Source of the DNA: the human T2T-CHM13v2.0 reference genome, Homo sapiens
NCBI RefSeq assembly: GCF_009914755.1
Contig: NC_060925.1
Direction: 5' to 3' (one strand)
Length of the DNA: 64,000 nucleotides
Both the position numbers and the translations under genes were made by a program. Shown here piece by piece: positions 15,698 through 32,929 of this stretch. The notes under the pieces are model-generated. The model was not told where the DNA came from. It saw only the letters and a program-made list of their open reading frames with translations, and did no database searches. The stretch's first letter is position 1. Every line of letters starts with the position of its first letter.

Positions 15698-16067
15698 GAT
15701 TGCTGTAGTAAGTAAAGAGTGATTAGAGGAAGGAAGATCAGTCAGAAAGTAATTGCAATAGTCAAGAGGGATATCAAAGTCCCGAACTGCTTATAAAAGA
15801 GAGGAAGGAAGGGAGACTTATAGAGGTGATGAGGAAATAGGGTCAGGAGAACAAACTGACTAATTGCATATGGAGTGAGAGAGGGAGAATAGAAGGCTTG
15901 GCTTTCAGGTGTCTGGCCTAAGAGTCTGGCCTCTGGCTAAATGGAAATTTAAATGCAATATGAGGCAATACATGGCAAATGAATACCCCGTAAAATTCAA
16001 TAGCACCAATGAAGTTTATTAGCTATTAATAAAGAGCTGAAGACTGGGTGACTTTATTAGTCATTTA

Positions 16068-16575
<508 letters not shown>

Positions 16576-17487
16576 TTACTTGCAGTCACATCAAGAGAGG
16601 GAACCCCAAAGTGTTCTATAACAAGAAGCTGGCAGCTCCAGTGTGGTCTAGAATGCATGAGCTTTGGAGTCTGAAGGACTGGGGTTTGAACCCCAGGTCT
16701 AGTAGATACCGTATGACTGAAGACCTGGGAATTAAATGCTCTAAGCCTCAGTTTTCTCTAGTGAAAAATGAAGAAAACAGTCCCTTGACTAGAGATGTGT
16801 AAAGCATCTTGCTTATCATAGACCTCCAAGAGACAACTGTTTAATATTAGTGTTATTTTCTTAGAAGATGAGCCTTTTCTTAGCATAAAATTCTCAGAGG
16901 AACTGAAGTTTGGTCAGCATGGAGGTACAGAGAGAGATATACGCTTTTACAAGTATCAAGTCACCTAGGCAAATGACAAAATATTCAACATCCTGGTCTC
17001 ACCATCAGACTGAGCACAGGCACCCTGAAAAGTCTCTGACCCTGAACACTACCCCCAAAAATAACATTTGTCTTATAAAACAGGGAGAAGAAGGGGCACT
17101 AAAAAGATAAAGTTTAATCAAAGTCATGAATCACTGGAATAGAAGATATGCTGTTAAGAAGAGTCCCCAGTGGTGCATTGGACAGGGGAGGGGGGAAGAG
17201 AGGTACTAATGAGCTTCTCTTTCTTGGATTACAAACAGGAGAGTGTTAGCTGCCATTTGAACCAGGCCTGTCTTCAAATGTGTCACCCACCTGGTCAGGT
17301 GGCTTTAGGGTTCCTAAGAGCTAGAAGGCTCCAGCATCCTTCTCAAGTACCTGCCCTAAATCATGGACATGACTTAAGCGTTGGGCTGTTGGGGTTACAC
17401 TTCCACATTTATTTGATGCTTTTATCTGTTTTCCTTTCAAATGTTTCTTTGAATGTGTCTTAGTTTAAAATACCTTTTGGTGCTTGT

Positions 17488-20400
17488 TTGTATCCAGGGA
17501 AACTAAGCATCATATATGAAGAAAAGATACAGTTGTTTTCAGACAAACAAATGCTGACAGAATTCACCAATACCATGAAACCACTACAAGAACTGTTAAA
17601 AGGAGCTCTAAATCTTGAAACAAATCCTGGAAACACATCAAAACAGAACCTCTTTAAAGCCTAAATCACACAGGACCTATAAAACAAAATGTAAGTTAAA
17701 AAGCAAGAACAAAAAACAAACAAAAAAAAAACCAAAGTACACAGGCAACGAAGAGCACGATGAAAGCAATGGTACCTCACATTTCAATACTAACATTGAA
17801 TGTAAACAGCCTAAATGCTCCACTTAAAAGATACTGAACCCTGCAGCAGAATGGATAAGAACTCACCAACCAACTGTCTGTCAGGAGACTCAGCTAACAC
17901 ATCAGGACTCACATAAAGTAAAGGGGTGGAAACAGGCATTTCATGCAAATGGACACCAAAAGTGAGCAGGGGTAGCTATTCTTATATCAGGCAAAACAAT
18001 CTTTAAAGTAACAGTGGTTAAAAGAGACAAAGAGGGACACTATAATGGTAAAAGTCTTTGTTCAACAGTAAAATATCACAATCCTAAACATAAATGCACC
18101 AAACACTGGAGCTCCCAAATTTATAAAACAATTACAAACAGACCTTAGAAATGAGATAGACAGCAACACAATAATAGTGGGGGACTTCAATACTCCACTG
18201 ACAGCACTAGACAGGTCATCAAAACAGAAAGTCAACAAATAAACAATGGATTTAAGTCCATTTGTTACCTTGGAACAAATGGACTTAACAGATATATATA
18301 GAACATTTTATCCAACAACCACAGAATATACATTATATTCAACAGCACATTTCTCCAAGATAGACCATATGATATGACATAAAATGAGCCTCAATAAATG
18401 CAAGAAAATTGAAATTATATCAAGCACTCTCTCAGACTACAGTGAAATAAAACTGGAAATCAACTCCAAAAGGAACCTTCAAAACCATGCAAATGCATGG
18501 AAAATAACCTGCTCCTGAATGAGCATTGGGTCAAAAATGAAATCAAGATGGAAATTAAAAAATCCTTTGAACTCAATGACAATAATGACACAACCTATCA
18601 AAACCTCTGGGATACAGCAAAGGCAGTGCTAAGAGGAAAGTTCATAGCCCTAAACACCTACATCAAAAAGTCTGAAAGAGCACAAACAGACAATCTAAGG
18701 TCAACCTCAAGGAACTAGAGAAACAAGAACAAACCAAACCCAAACCCAGAAGAAGAAGGGACATAACTAAGATCAGAGCAGAACTAAATGAAATTGAAAC
18801 AAAAAAATATATAAAAGATAAATGAAACAAAAAGCTGGTTCTTTGAAAAGATAAATAAAATTGATAGACCATTAGCAAGATTAACCAAAAAAAGAAGAGA
18901 GAAAATCCAAATAACCTCACTAAGAAACAAAACAGGAGATATTACAACTGACACCACTGAAATACAAAAGATCATTCAAGGCTACTGGGAACACCTTTAT
19001 CCATATAAACTAGAAAACTTAGAAGAGATGGGTAAATTCCTGGAAAAATAAAACCCTCCTAGCTTAAATCAGCAAGAATTAGATACCCTGAACAGACCAA
19101 TAATGAGCAGTGTGACTGAAATGGTAATTTAAAAATTACCAACAAAAAAGAAGTCCAGGACCAGATAGATTCACAGCAGAATTCTACCAGACAGTCAAAG
19201 AAGAATTGTTACCAATCCTTTTGACTCTATTCCACAAGATAGAGAAAGAAGGAACCCTCTCTAATTCATTCTATGAAGGTGGCATTACCAAAACCAGGAA
19301 AGGACATAACCAAAAAAGGAAACTACAGACTGATATCCTTGATGAACATAGATGCTAAAATCCTTAACAAAATACTAGCTAACTAAATCCAACAACGTAT
19401 CAAAAAGATAATCAACCATGACCTAGTGGGTTTCATACCGGAGATGCAGGGATGGTTTAACATATGCAAGTCAATAAATGTGATACACCACATAAACAAA
19501 ATTTTTAAAAATCACATGATCATCTCAATAGATGCAGAAAAGCATTTGACAAAATCCAGCATCACTTTATGATTAAAACTCTCAGCAAAATCGGCATACA
19601 AGGGACATATCTTAATGTAAAAAAGCCATCTATGACAAACCCACAACCAACATAACACTGGATGGGGAAAAGTTGAAAGCATTCCCTCTGAGAACTGGAA
19701 CAAGACAAGGATGGCTGCTCTCACCAGTCCTCTTCAACATAGTACTGGAAGTCCTAGCCAGAGCAATTAGACAAGAGAAAGAAATAAAGGGCATCCAAAC
19801 CGGTAAAGAGGAAGTCAAACTGTCACTGTTTGCTGACAATATGATCATTTACCTTGAAAACCCTAAGGACTCCGGAAAGCTCCTAGAACTGATAAAAGAA
19901 TTCAGAAAAGTTTCCAGATACAAGATTAATGTACACAAATCAGTAGCTCTTCTATACACCAACAGTGACCAAGCAGAGAATCAAGTCAAGAACTAACCCC
20001 TTTTACAACAGCTACAAAAAATAAAAATAAAATAAGATACTTAGGAATATACCTAACAAAGGAGTCGAAAGGCCTCTGCAAGGAAAACTATGAAACACTG
20101 TTGAAAGAAATCATACACGACACAAACAAATGGAAACACATCCCATGCTCATGGATGGGTAGAATCAATATTGTGAAAATGACCATACTGCCAAAAGCAA
20201 TCTACAAATTCAGCACAATCCTCATTTGAATACCAGCCACCATCATTCCTTACAGAATTAGAAAAAACCATTCTAAAATTCATATGGAACCAACAAAGAG
20301 CCTGCACAGCCAAAGCAAGACTAAGCAAAAAGGACAAATCTGGAAACATCACACTACCTGATTTCAAACTACACTATGAGGCCATAGTCACCAAAACAGC

Positions 20401-21811
20401 ATGGTACTGGTGTAAAAATAGGCACATAGACCAATGGAACAGAATAGAGAATCCAGAAATAAACCCAAATACTTACAGCCAACTGATCTTCGACAAAGCA
20501 AACAAAAATATAAAGTGGGGAAAGGATACCCTTTTCAACAAATGGTGCTGGGATAATTGGCTAGCCACATATAGGAGAATAAAACTGTATCTTCATCTCT
20601 AACCTTATACAAAAATCCACTCAAGATGAATTAAAGACTTAAACTGAGACCTGAAACGAGAAAAATTCTAGAGGATAACATTGGAAAAACCCTTGTAGAC
20701 ATTGGCTTAGGCAAGGATTTCCCCACCAAGAACCCAAAAACAAATGCAATAAAAACAAAGATAAATAGCTGGGACCTAATCAAACTAAAGAGCTTTTTCA
20801 TGGCAAAAGGAACAGTCAGCAGAGTAAACAGACAACTCACAGAGTGGGAGAAAATCTTCACAATCTGTACATCTGACAAAGGACTAATATCCAGAATCTA
20901 CAATGAACTCAAATAAATCAGTAAGAAAAAAACAAACAATCCCATCAAAAAGTGGGCTAAGGACATAAACAGACAATTCTCAAAAGAAGATATACAAATG
21001 GCCAACAAACATATGAAAAATGTTCAGCATCACTAATGATCAGGGACATGCAAATTGAAACCACAATGCGATACCATCTTACTCCTGCAAGAATGGCCAT
21101 AATCAAAAAATCAAAAAATCAAAAAACGGTAGATGTTGGCGTGGATGTGGGGACCAGGAAACCCTTCTACACTGCTGGAGGGAGCGTAAACTAGTACAGC
21201 CACTATGGAAAACCGTGTGGAGATTCCTTAAAGAATTAAAAGTAGAACTACCATTTTATCCCGCAATCCCACTGCTGGGTATCTATCCAGAGGAAAATAA
21301 GTCATTAACTGAAAAAGATACTTGCACACACATGTCTATAGCAGCACAGTACACAATTGCAAAATCATGAAACCAACCCAAATGCCCATCAATCAACGAG
21401 AGGATAAAGAAACTGTGGTATTTATATGCAATGGAATACTACACAGCCATAAAAAGGAATGAATTAACAGCATTTGCAGTGACCTGGATGAGATTGGAGA
21501 CTATTATTCTAAGTGAAATAACTCAGGAATAGAAAACCAAACATCGTATGTTCTCCCTGATATGTGGGAGCAAAGCTATGAGGATGCAAATGGATATGAA
21601 TGATACAATGGACTTTGGGGACTTGGGGGAAAGAGTGGGAGGGGGGCGAGGGATAAAACACTGCAAATATGGTGAGTGTATACTGCCCAGGTGATGGGTG
21701 CACCAAAATCTCACAAATCACCACTAAAGAACTTACTCATGTACTCATGTAACCAAATACCACCTGTACCCCAATAACTTATGGAAAAATTTAAAAAATA
21801 AAAATAAAAAA
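17488..21811 (+). mobile_element. L1PB1-like LINE-1, 5'-truncated (end of ORF1, disrupted ORF2, 3'UTR)
   Basis: ORF2 remnants: ORF 18497..18718 ([19 protein letters not shown]) and ORF 19673..19996 with RT motifs GTRQG and LFADNM; L1PB-type 3' end caaatcaccactaaagaacttactcatg; many stops and frameshifts. Confidence 0.93.
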
Positions 21812-23568
21812 GTGGATGGCCAGAGCTTTGTTAGAGAGAATGCTGGGCCATATTCAGTTGGGGTATCCAATGAGTCTCTGGGATGACAGCAATAATCTGG
21901 CCTTCTTATTTCTCCAGCTTCACCTCACACCATTTCCCATCTTTTTTAAATTGTTGTTCTAGCCATATTGCACTGCTTTGAGTTCCATTAATCTGGTAAT
22001 CTTTCATATCTCTAGACCTTTGGATCTGTACCACTATCCAAAATGCCTTCCCCAAGGTCCTTTCTCTGCCTGGTTAAGTCCTACTTGTCTTTCCTCTGTA
22101 ATAATGAAGGTAATATTAGCATATACCTCAGAGGGTAATGTGAGAATTAAGAGAGATTATCCATGTTATGTTCTCAGAACAGTATCTGACCTCTCATAAG
22201 TACTCGACACATTTTAGCAACGGTCATTACCCTTCTTTCCAGATTCAGTTCAAGTGTCACCACTTATGGGAAAACGTTCACGAATCCTTTCCTCCCTATT
22301 GGTTGTCTATCCTATGTATACACACTGCATACTGAACATGTCTCTGTCATAATGATAATAATAATAACAATAATAATAAGGGCTAGCATTTATTGACTTC
22401 TATGTTCAGACTCTGCTCTAACAACATTTAATCTTATACTACTTCATCCTCACACGAACATTATGAGGTGTTTGAACTATTAGTCCCATTTTAGAGAAGA
22501 GCCAAGAGACAGACTAAGCTACTTTCTATGGTGTAACAGCTAATAGAAGGCTGAATCAAAACTCAGCCACAGTTTTCTTGTTTGAGAGTCAGTGTCTTAT
22601 ACTTTATTTACGTGGGATTTTATTTGCTATCTTGTTGTTGCTATTACTCCCTGTTATCTTGCAAGTTTTTCAAAAACAGGGATCTTTATTTTTTGTTGTT
22701 ATTGCTGTTTTACCCAGACCCAGGCCCTTTGTCTTGCACAAAGCACTTGCTCAATAAACGTGTGACAAATTAATACAGACACGAATTTCCACCACACGAA
22801 GAGTGAAATGAGGACTAAAGAGTCTTATCAAAATAAGTTGATTCAGGAGAGCAAGGAGTTTATGGCTCCCATTTCCTGCCCACATTTTATGGTGAAGACC
22901 AGGATCTGGATGATGAGAGGTTCTGCCTGACTAAAATTCAGCTGCAAATACAGCCTTATAATCCCCATAAACAAAGACGTGGTGTAGTCTATGGCTGTGC
23001 AAATCCAACAGAGGAAAGTAGTTGGACAAGAGATGACTCTTCCCTGTGAAAGAATCTATTTAGCAAGGAAACCAACCATAGAATGACTCATGCCTGGATT
23101 GCCTTACCTCTCCTTCCTGCCAATCCACGTCCATCACTGCCTTGAACTCCAAACGCCCCTCCAAGGTGTCCCTGACTCACCACACTCACATGAGAACATG
23201 TGCTGGCCACATTCCTACAGTTCTCGGGAAGACTATTTAGACCACATTAGTGTGCCCTTGTTCATATGCTAATTCCAATTCATCCTCTGTGTTCAACCAT
23301 TGTAGCTTGTCTCCTGGGTTCAGTTAGAAACAACAAAAGCTTAGTTGCCTAGCCTGGCCCATGATAGACCCTCAATAAATACTGGATGAACAGATGAGAA
23401 CAAAAACATGGAACTGATTCAATGCAACTCCCTCTTTTTGTTCCCATCCTACCCATACATTGACTTATCATCAGCATTCTGACAAACCCTGGAACCTACA
23501 TTCCATTAGAACATTTATTGCTCTCTGTTGTAATTGTACAGAGCCTTATAATGTAAATGTAATTGTAA

Positions 23569-23887
<319 letters not shown>

Positions 23888-24009
23888 TCCCAATCCTCTT
23901 TTTGTCCTCAGTAGCAAATATGAAGCTGTTACATACAGATACTGAATAAAGGTTAAGTAAAATCCTTCACTCATTCAACAAATATTTATTACTCTAAGCT
24001 TGGTGCTAG

Positions 24010-24545
24010 TATATCAGACCTAAAATTTAGAGTGCCACCTTAACATCTTTGAGCCGAGATGTTAAGGTGGCCCTTTAAATTTTAGGTCTGAGCCAGGTCC
24101 CAAAAGGCCTACCCATGAGTTCTCTTGCTCTCACCAGATATACCCAACCCAGCAGGAAACAGACCCCATTCTGCTAGTTTCCCACCAGCCCAATCATCTT
24201 AACCCCATTCAGTTTTCAACTTAGTGGATTTTATCTCCCTAACAGCACATGAAATTATTCAAACAAGCCAATCACATCCTCGCTTGGTAACCAGGGGTCA
24301 CCTCACCCTGTTGATACTACAAAGCCTGCCTCCCACAGTCCCTGCCAGCTCATTCTTCCTGAGTGCAACCCCATTGGCCCTGCATGGCAGGCAGTGTCCT
24401 CTACCTCCAGAGTGAATAGATGTGACTATTAAACTGCTGTCACCCTTATCTGCCCAGTGTCAAGTGTCTCGTGCATGACTATCTCACACTATGTGGAGGG
24501 GGATCCCTCCTTTACCACTGGGATAAATAGGATGTAATCAGAACA
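24010..24545 (+). mobile_element. ERVL-type solo LTR (family uncertain; MER54/MER74/LTR47-like) inserted in an L2 end
   Basis: Near-TG...CA termini, TSD gctag/gttag, CCAAT box, attaaa signal; flanks rejoin into an antisense L2 3' end. Confidence 0.65.
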
Positions 24546-24942
24546 GTTAGATGCCGGGAATCAGCTATAATCACGTTAAGTGGGCCCCTCCCCACTAAAA
24601 TCTGAGGTTCCTGTTCCAACCAGATGACAAATTTACTGACTCCCTCTCTTGAAATGAACCCTGAATTCCTAAGAGGGAAGCTATCAATATGGGAGAGGAA
24701 AGAGAATAAGCCTTTAAAGAGAAAGGGCTATGGGGAGGGGCAAGGTCTGGTAGGGGTAGCTCTAGCCTGGGCAGGAGGCATCTAGGCAGTGTTGTAGGCT
24801 CTGAGAATAGAATAAGGAATAAGGCAGAATTCCTGCCTTCAAGGTAACCATGTTCTAAGAAAGGGAAAACAAATTACAATAGCAAATGAATAAATAACAT
24901 AATTTTCAGCACCACAAAGATAAAAGAGGGTAATGCACTAGA

Positions 24943-25258
24943 GCAGAAATTAGCAAACCATAGCCTCTGGGTCAAATCCAGCCCACTGCCTATTTTGGTG
25001 CAGCTCACAAAGTAACATTTTAAATGATTGAAAAAAAATCAAAAGATTAATACTTCATGACATGTACAAAATTCAAGTCTCAGTATCTGTAAATAAAATT
25101 GTATTGGAATATAGCCATACTCACCCATGTAGGAATTATCTACAGCTGCTTTCACACTACAGTGACAAAGTTAGGTTGTTGTGACAGGTCCTGGATGAAC
25201 TGAGAAGTCATAAGTATTTACTATCTGACTCTGTGAAGAAAAGGTTTGCTTACTTCTG
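24943..25258. mobile_element. MER58B-like hAT element
   Basis: gcaaacc...ggtcaaatccagcccactgcct...tatttactatctgactctgtgaagaaaaggtttgc. Confidence 0.75.
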
Positions 25259-25527
25259 TCCTAGAGAGTCACAGGGGTGGGAATGGGAAGCAGAAGGCTG
25301 GCAAGGGCTGCCTGCTCCAAAGAAGTGACTCGAATTGAAAGCTGAACAATGACAAAAAGGAAGCCAAGTGGAGGCCTGGAGGGAAAATCTTCCAAGCAAA
25401 TCAGCAAATACAAAGATGTCAATGCGGGAACAAGGTCGGTGAGTTCATTCATTCCACAAGTCATCTTTGAGACCAACTCTATGCCAAGCACTGTTGCAGC
25501 TATTGAGGATAAAGCAGAGACTAGGTA

Positions 25528-25726
25528 GAAGTTGAGTATCCCATAGACAAAATGTTTGGGACTAGAAGTATTTTGGATTTCAATTTTTGGAGGACATTAG
25601 AATACATGCATTATATCTGAAATACTCCAATGAGCATTTCCTTTGAGCATCATATCAGTGCTCAAAAACATCACATTTTAAAGCATTTCAGATTTTTGAT
25701 TTTCTGACTGGGATGTCCAATCCCTG
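25528..25726. mobile_element. MER46/Tigger4-like fragment
   Basis: gttgagtatccc...aaaatgtttgggactagaagt...ctccaatgagcatttcctttgagcatcat. Confidence 0.7.
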
Positions 25727-26785
25727 CAAAGATTCGTCTAAGAAGAAAAATCACCAATCATGTGGGAGGAAAATCGGAAGAGTGTGGTACCCACGAAGAC
25801 CAGATAAGAAAGTGTTTTAAAAGGAAAGTGAAACACCACAGTGTGTGTGACTGGTAGGCAAAGTAGGGAAAAAACATAATCAAATAGATGTGGTCAGATG
25901 GAGTCTCTAGGGACCTTAACAAGTGTCACAAGTGGTGGTAAATAGAATCTGTTTAGAATAAATGGAGAATAGAAAAGGACATGAGAAAGTGAAGATAACA
26001 AGTACATAGACAATGGTTTTAGCAGGTCTCTTAAAAGTAGCAAAGACTTGCAGCAGTAATTAGAGAAGAGTGCTGGGGAAAGGGCAGGTTTTAAAAGATG
26101 AATCTTATTAGAACTAGCTCATGTGCTGATTGGAATGATGCAGAAGAGGAGGAAAACTGGTAGTGGAAACAAGGAAATGGTAAATAAGGAGCCAAGTCCT
26201 GTAGAAGGCAAGAAGCAATGTGATCCAGGAGAGAAATAAAGGGAATATTACCTCTGGTGAAAAGGCCCATTGTTAGGTGATGATCTGTATCATCATCTAG
26301 ATACACATGCAAGTACATGGGGCATACTTATGGACCTAACTCTCATCTTGTTCTTTCCATATTCTCTGGGAAGTATGAGATGAGGCAACCAACTCACAGC
26401 GAGAATGAGAAAGTGAACTGACTAGGGATGTTTGTAGGATAATCAGGCAGGGTGGAGTATCCAATTGAGATTTGTCATCATTACGCATTATGAGTATCTC
26501 CAATAACATGATTCAGGAAGAATGCCATCAGACCCTTGTGATTCTAAGTCCTGTGCCCTACACCATGAGATATGGTTTGGCTCTGTGTCCCCACCCAAAT
26601 CCCATCTTGAATTGTAGTTCCCATAATCCCCACGTGTCATAGGAGGGACCCAGTGGGAGGTAATTTAATCATGGGGGCAGTTACCCTCTGTTCTCTTGAT
26701 AGTGAGTGACTTCTTTTGAGATCTGATGGTTTTATAAGGGGCTTTTCCCCCTTTTGTTCTGCACTTCTCCTTGCTGCCACCATTT

Positions 26786-29351
<2,566 letters not shown>

Positions 29352-29714
29352 TAGCAGCACGAGAATGGACTAATACACTATGCATATGAAATCCGAAAGA
29401 AGTTATCTTTCTGGAGCTTATAAAGAGCTAGAGAAAGCAAAACAAATGCACCAATTAGACATAAACCTAGAGATGTATAAAATAGATGTTATCATCCAAA
29501 TCTCTTCACTCATGATATCTTTATTAGTCATCAAATGTGGAAATAGTGCAATTAACAAAATGGACAGAGTTTAAAAAATTTATATTTGGCTTGATGATTT
29601 ATACTTTTATTATTATCACAATAATTTTTGTTATTGATATTGAATTGGAATTCAATCAAATGTCAAAGAGGAGGCAGGCCAGAAGTATTAAAGTAGAAAA
29701 TTAAAAGAAAGCCT

Positions 29715-30086
29715 TGTAAAAAGGAATGAAGTACTACTATATGTGAGAAAATGAATGAACTTTGAAAAAAAAAAACAACACAAAAGTCTACATACTGTAT
29801 GAACATTTTAATGAAATTTTCATATGAAATACTTATATGGTATGTATATTTATATGAAGTCTAGAATAGGTGAATCCATTCAGACAGAAAGTAGATTAGG
29901 GAATGTGAGGGAAGAGAGGATTGGGACTGACTGTAATACGTACAGCATTTCTTTTTGGGATGATAGAAATGCTCTGGAATTAGACAGTGGTAGTGTATAT
30001 AGTACATAGTGAATACACTAGAAAACACTGAATTCCACATGCCCCACAATACAGTAAATATACTAAAAACCAAAAAAAAAAAAAAA
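29715..30086 (+). mobile_element. L1MB-like 3' end
   Basis: aaaaggaatgaagtact...gtctagaataggtgaatccattcagacagaaagtagattag...gtgaatacactagaaaacactgaatt. Confidence 0.7.
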
Positions 30087-30156
30087 GGCTTGGCTTTTAA
30101 TTTTATAGCAAGTAATCTTAAAAAGGAACTGACGATGTGTGTTCTGTCTCTTAGAT

Positions 30157-30508
30157 TAGGGGTGAGCAAACTCTTTCTGTAAAGGTCCAGATAGTAAATC
30201 CTTTAGGCTTGGCAGGTCATACAGTCTCTGTTGCAACTACTCATCTCTGCCATTGTAGTGTGAAAGCAGTCTTAGATAATACATAAATGAATGAGAATGG
30301 CTGTGTTCTGATAAAACATCTTTTATGGATGCTGAAATTTGAATTTCATGTAATTTTCGTATGTCATGATACGTTAGTCTTCTTTTTATTGTTGTTCAAG
30401 AATTTAAAAATGTAAAAACCACTCTCAGCCTGCAGGCCATTAAAAAAAAAAAAAAACAGTGGCAGGCTGTATTTGGCCCACGAACTGTAATTTGTTAACC
30501 ACCCTCCC
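30157..30508. mobile_element. MER58B-like hAT element (opposite orientation to the 24943 copy)
   Basis: ggggtgagcaaactctttctgtaaaggtccagatagtaaat...atttggcccacgaactgtaatttg. Confidence 0.8.
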
Positions 30509-31339
30509 AGACCATAGTTAGCCACTTGGAGCTGGAGGGGAAATGAGCAGCCAAATGAGAACAAGCATGTTCAATTCACATCAGCTCAACAATCATTGAG
30601 TACGTGATATGGACACAGGCACTATGCCCCAGGATTCTAAGTTATTCAGAGATCAAGTGAATTTACTGAGTAAAAATTGAAAAGATGCCTCAACTAGATC
30701 CCCATGTGGCTTATAAAATGATCTCACATTTGCATCAGTCAAGTATATGCTATTAAATTCCCCCACCCATGAAAGTTACCAGCTTCACAATATAGAGTAT
30801 GTTTCAAAGGCGAAGGAAAATAACTCACAGTGTCTGTTCCGTGCAGTATTTTTAAACATCCATAACTTTGTTATTTCAAAACCAAATTTCTTCAAACAAG
30901 GCAAAGCACACATTCCTCACTCAGGGTTATGTACCAGGAATGCCAAGTTTAAAATTTCCAAACAAAGTTGCTTTTGAGAAATTCAAACGCAAAAAAGCAT
31001 TTGAAAAATTTCTGAACTGCTAAAAAAAAGTAGCATTTTTTCACCTTTAGATAACCCTTAAATGAGTAAATGGACTTACATTTGGTTTCCAAAATAAATC
31101 CATTTGGGGCCCAAACTGAGAAAGAGAACCACAGAAAGCCTCCATGGATTCCATTAATTGCTATCGATGCCAGGAACTTGAGAGAGAGAAAAAAACTGGG
31201 AATCAGAAAACTTGGGTTTCTAACTCTCAGTTGGCTGTAACCCATTCTCAGGTTTATAAATGGTCTGCACACAGATACCTAGTAGGATACAGGTATGTCA
31301 CCAGGCTAACTTCTTTGCTGCTGCAACATCCTCATTAAC

Positions 31340-32470
31340 CTGGAATGAAAAGTCAGAGCCCAGGCAAAGTGAGGAGCTTCCACCTAAGGGGACATCAGAG
31401 TGAGAAGGTCCAGACAGGAGAGGGGGCCTGGTTGTTGGAGTCCAGGCACAATGAGGAGGGTCCCCACCTGAGGGGAGTAGCCAGTGTGGGAGGAGGGCTC
31501 TGACGTGAGGGAGGGGACAGCAGTGACAATGAAAGTTTAGTTACACAGGGTAAGGGAGTAAAGGGGAAGCTTATGGAATAAGTTTGGATATGAGGACCAA
31601 CTTTCTCAATGGAGAGAAAGGATTTGTAAATAGGAAAAAAAAAGAGAGAGAGAAAACCAGAATATACCGTATGATTTTGAATTTGAATTTGAATTGGAGG
31701 CATCAATGTGAGTTCACGGTTTTTAATGTACATAATAGATAAAGATAGATACAAGTATAGATGTAAATCTGTATGTCTGTGTACGTGTGCATACATGCCT
31801 CTATCCTACAGCTCTGTCCCCCGAAAGAGCATGGAAGCAGCAACATCCCAATAGCAAATAACACACCAAGCACCCCAATCTTCACTTCTAAATACCGTTC
31901 TCCACTATAAACAATCAGGGCTCCTTGGAGAAAGGACTGGACCCATGGCCAGAGCTGGAGCAAGAAAAGTATAAGATGATTCTGGAGCAAGGAAGTGCTC
32001 GAAGAATGCAGGGCCATGACAAAAAGACATAGAAGCCAGATTGAAAGGTTCCCAATGGCCAAATCAAATCTGGGATAATTTGAGCATCGAGTAAATAACG
32101 ACAGCAATAATGATAACTCATTGAATACCATGAGTATTCGATGGAAACCATGACCTTTAAAATCTGAAGTTGCATATGAATCACTTAGTAGACTAGAAAT
32201 TGTAGCCATGAGTCTGTTTAGATATTAATTAAACAGAAATCATAAATCTCCTTACATATTAATTAATTAAAAGTCTGATAAGAAATGGGAAGTTTACATC
32301 ATTTCAAAGTAACTCTCTACAATGTATTTATTAATTACAAAGGGGAAAATAACCATACAGTGAGGAAGTCTAGCAGACACCACTTTAATCAAGCTATCAA
32401 AACTACTATTGTCAATAAAGGACAAATTGAAATTGTGCACCACCTAATAGATTGCAATAGCAAGAACGAA
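31340..32470 (+). mobile_element. L1MC-type 3'UTR fragment
   Basis: gaattggaggcatcaatgtgag...cttctaaataccgttctccact...cagggctccttggagaaa...gcagacaccactttaatcaag. Confidence 0.65.
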
Positions 32471-32489
32471 TAGTCTCCCTCGTTTCAGT

Positions 32490-32852
32490 ACACAGAATGA
32501 TGGCACTCCCTCATTTTCTTGAAGTTAGGCATGACCCTATGACTTGCTTTGGCCAATGAAATGTGAGCAGAAGTGATGCAAACCATTTCCAGACAGAAGA
32601 TTTAAGAGCCAGTGTGTGATTCACTACTTCTCTCTCTTTCTTTTTTTAACCATGTCCCAATGGATGCGTATGTCAGGATGGAACGTATATTTATAGGCTT
32701 CAGTCCAGGGACTACAATGAAAACAGACCCCCACTCAATCCTGTCCGTTTTAGATGTGTAGCACGAGAGAAAAATAAATCTTTGCTGTGTCAAGCTGCTA
32801 TTCTGATGGTTGTTAGTTTGCACATCAAAATTTAGCTTATCCTGACTGGTAC
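32490..32852 (+). mobile_element. MLT1 (J-like) MaLR LTR
   Basis: tgacttgctttggccaatgaaatgtgagcagaagtga; aataaa; tatcctgactggtac end. Confidence 0.7.
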
Positions 32853-32929
32853 GTTGGCTGATGGAATGATTTTATTTGCATACTTGTCTCCTCAATAAAG
32901 TACAAACTGCATCAAGGACAAGAATAATA

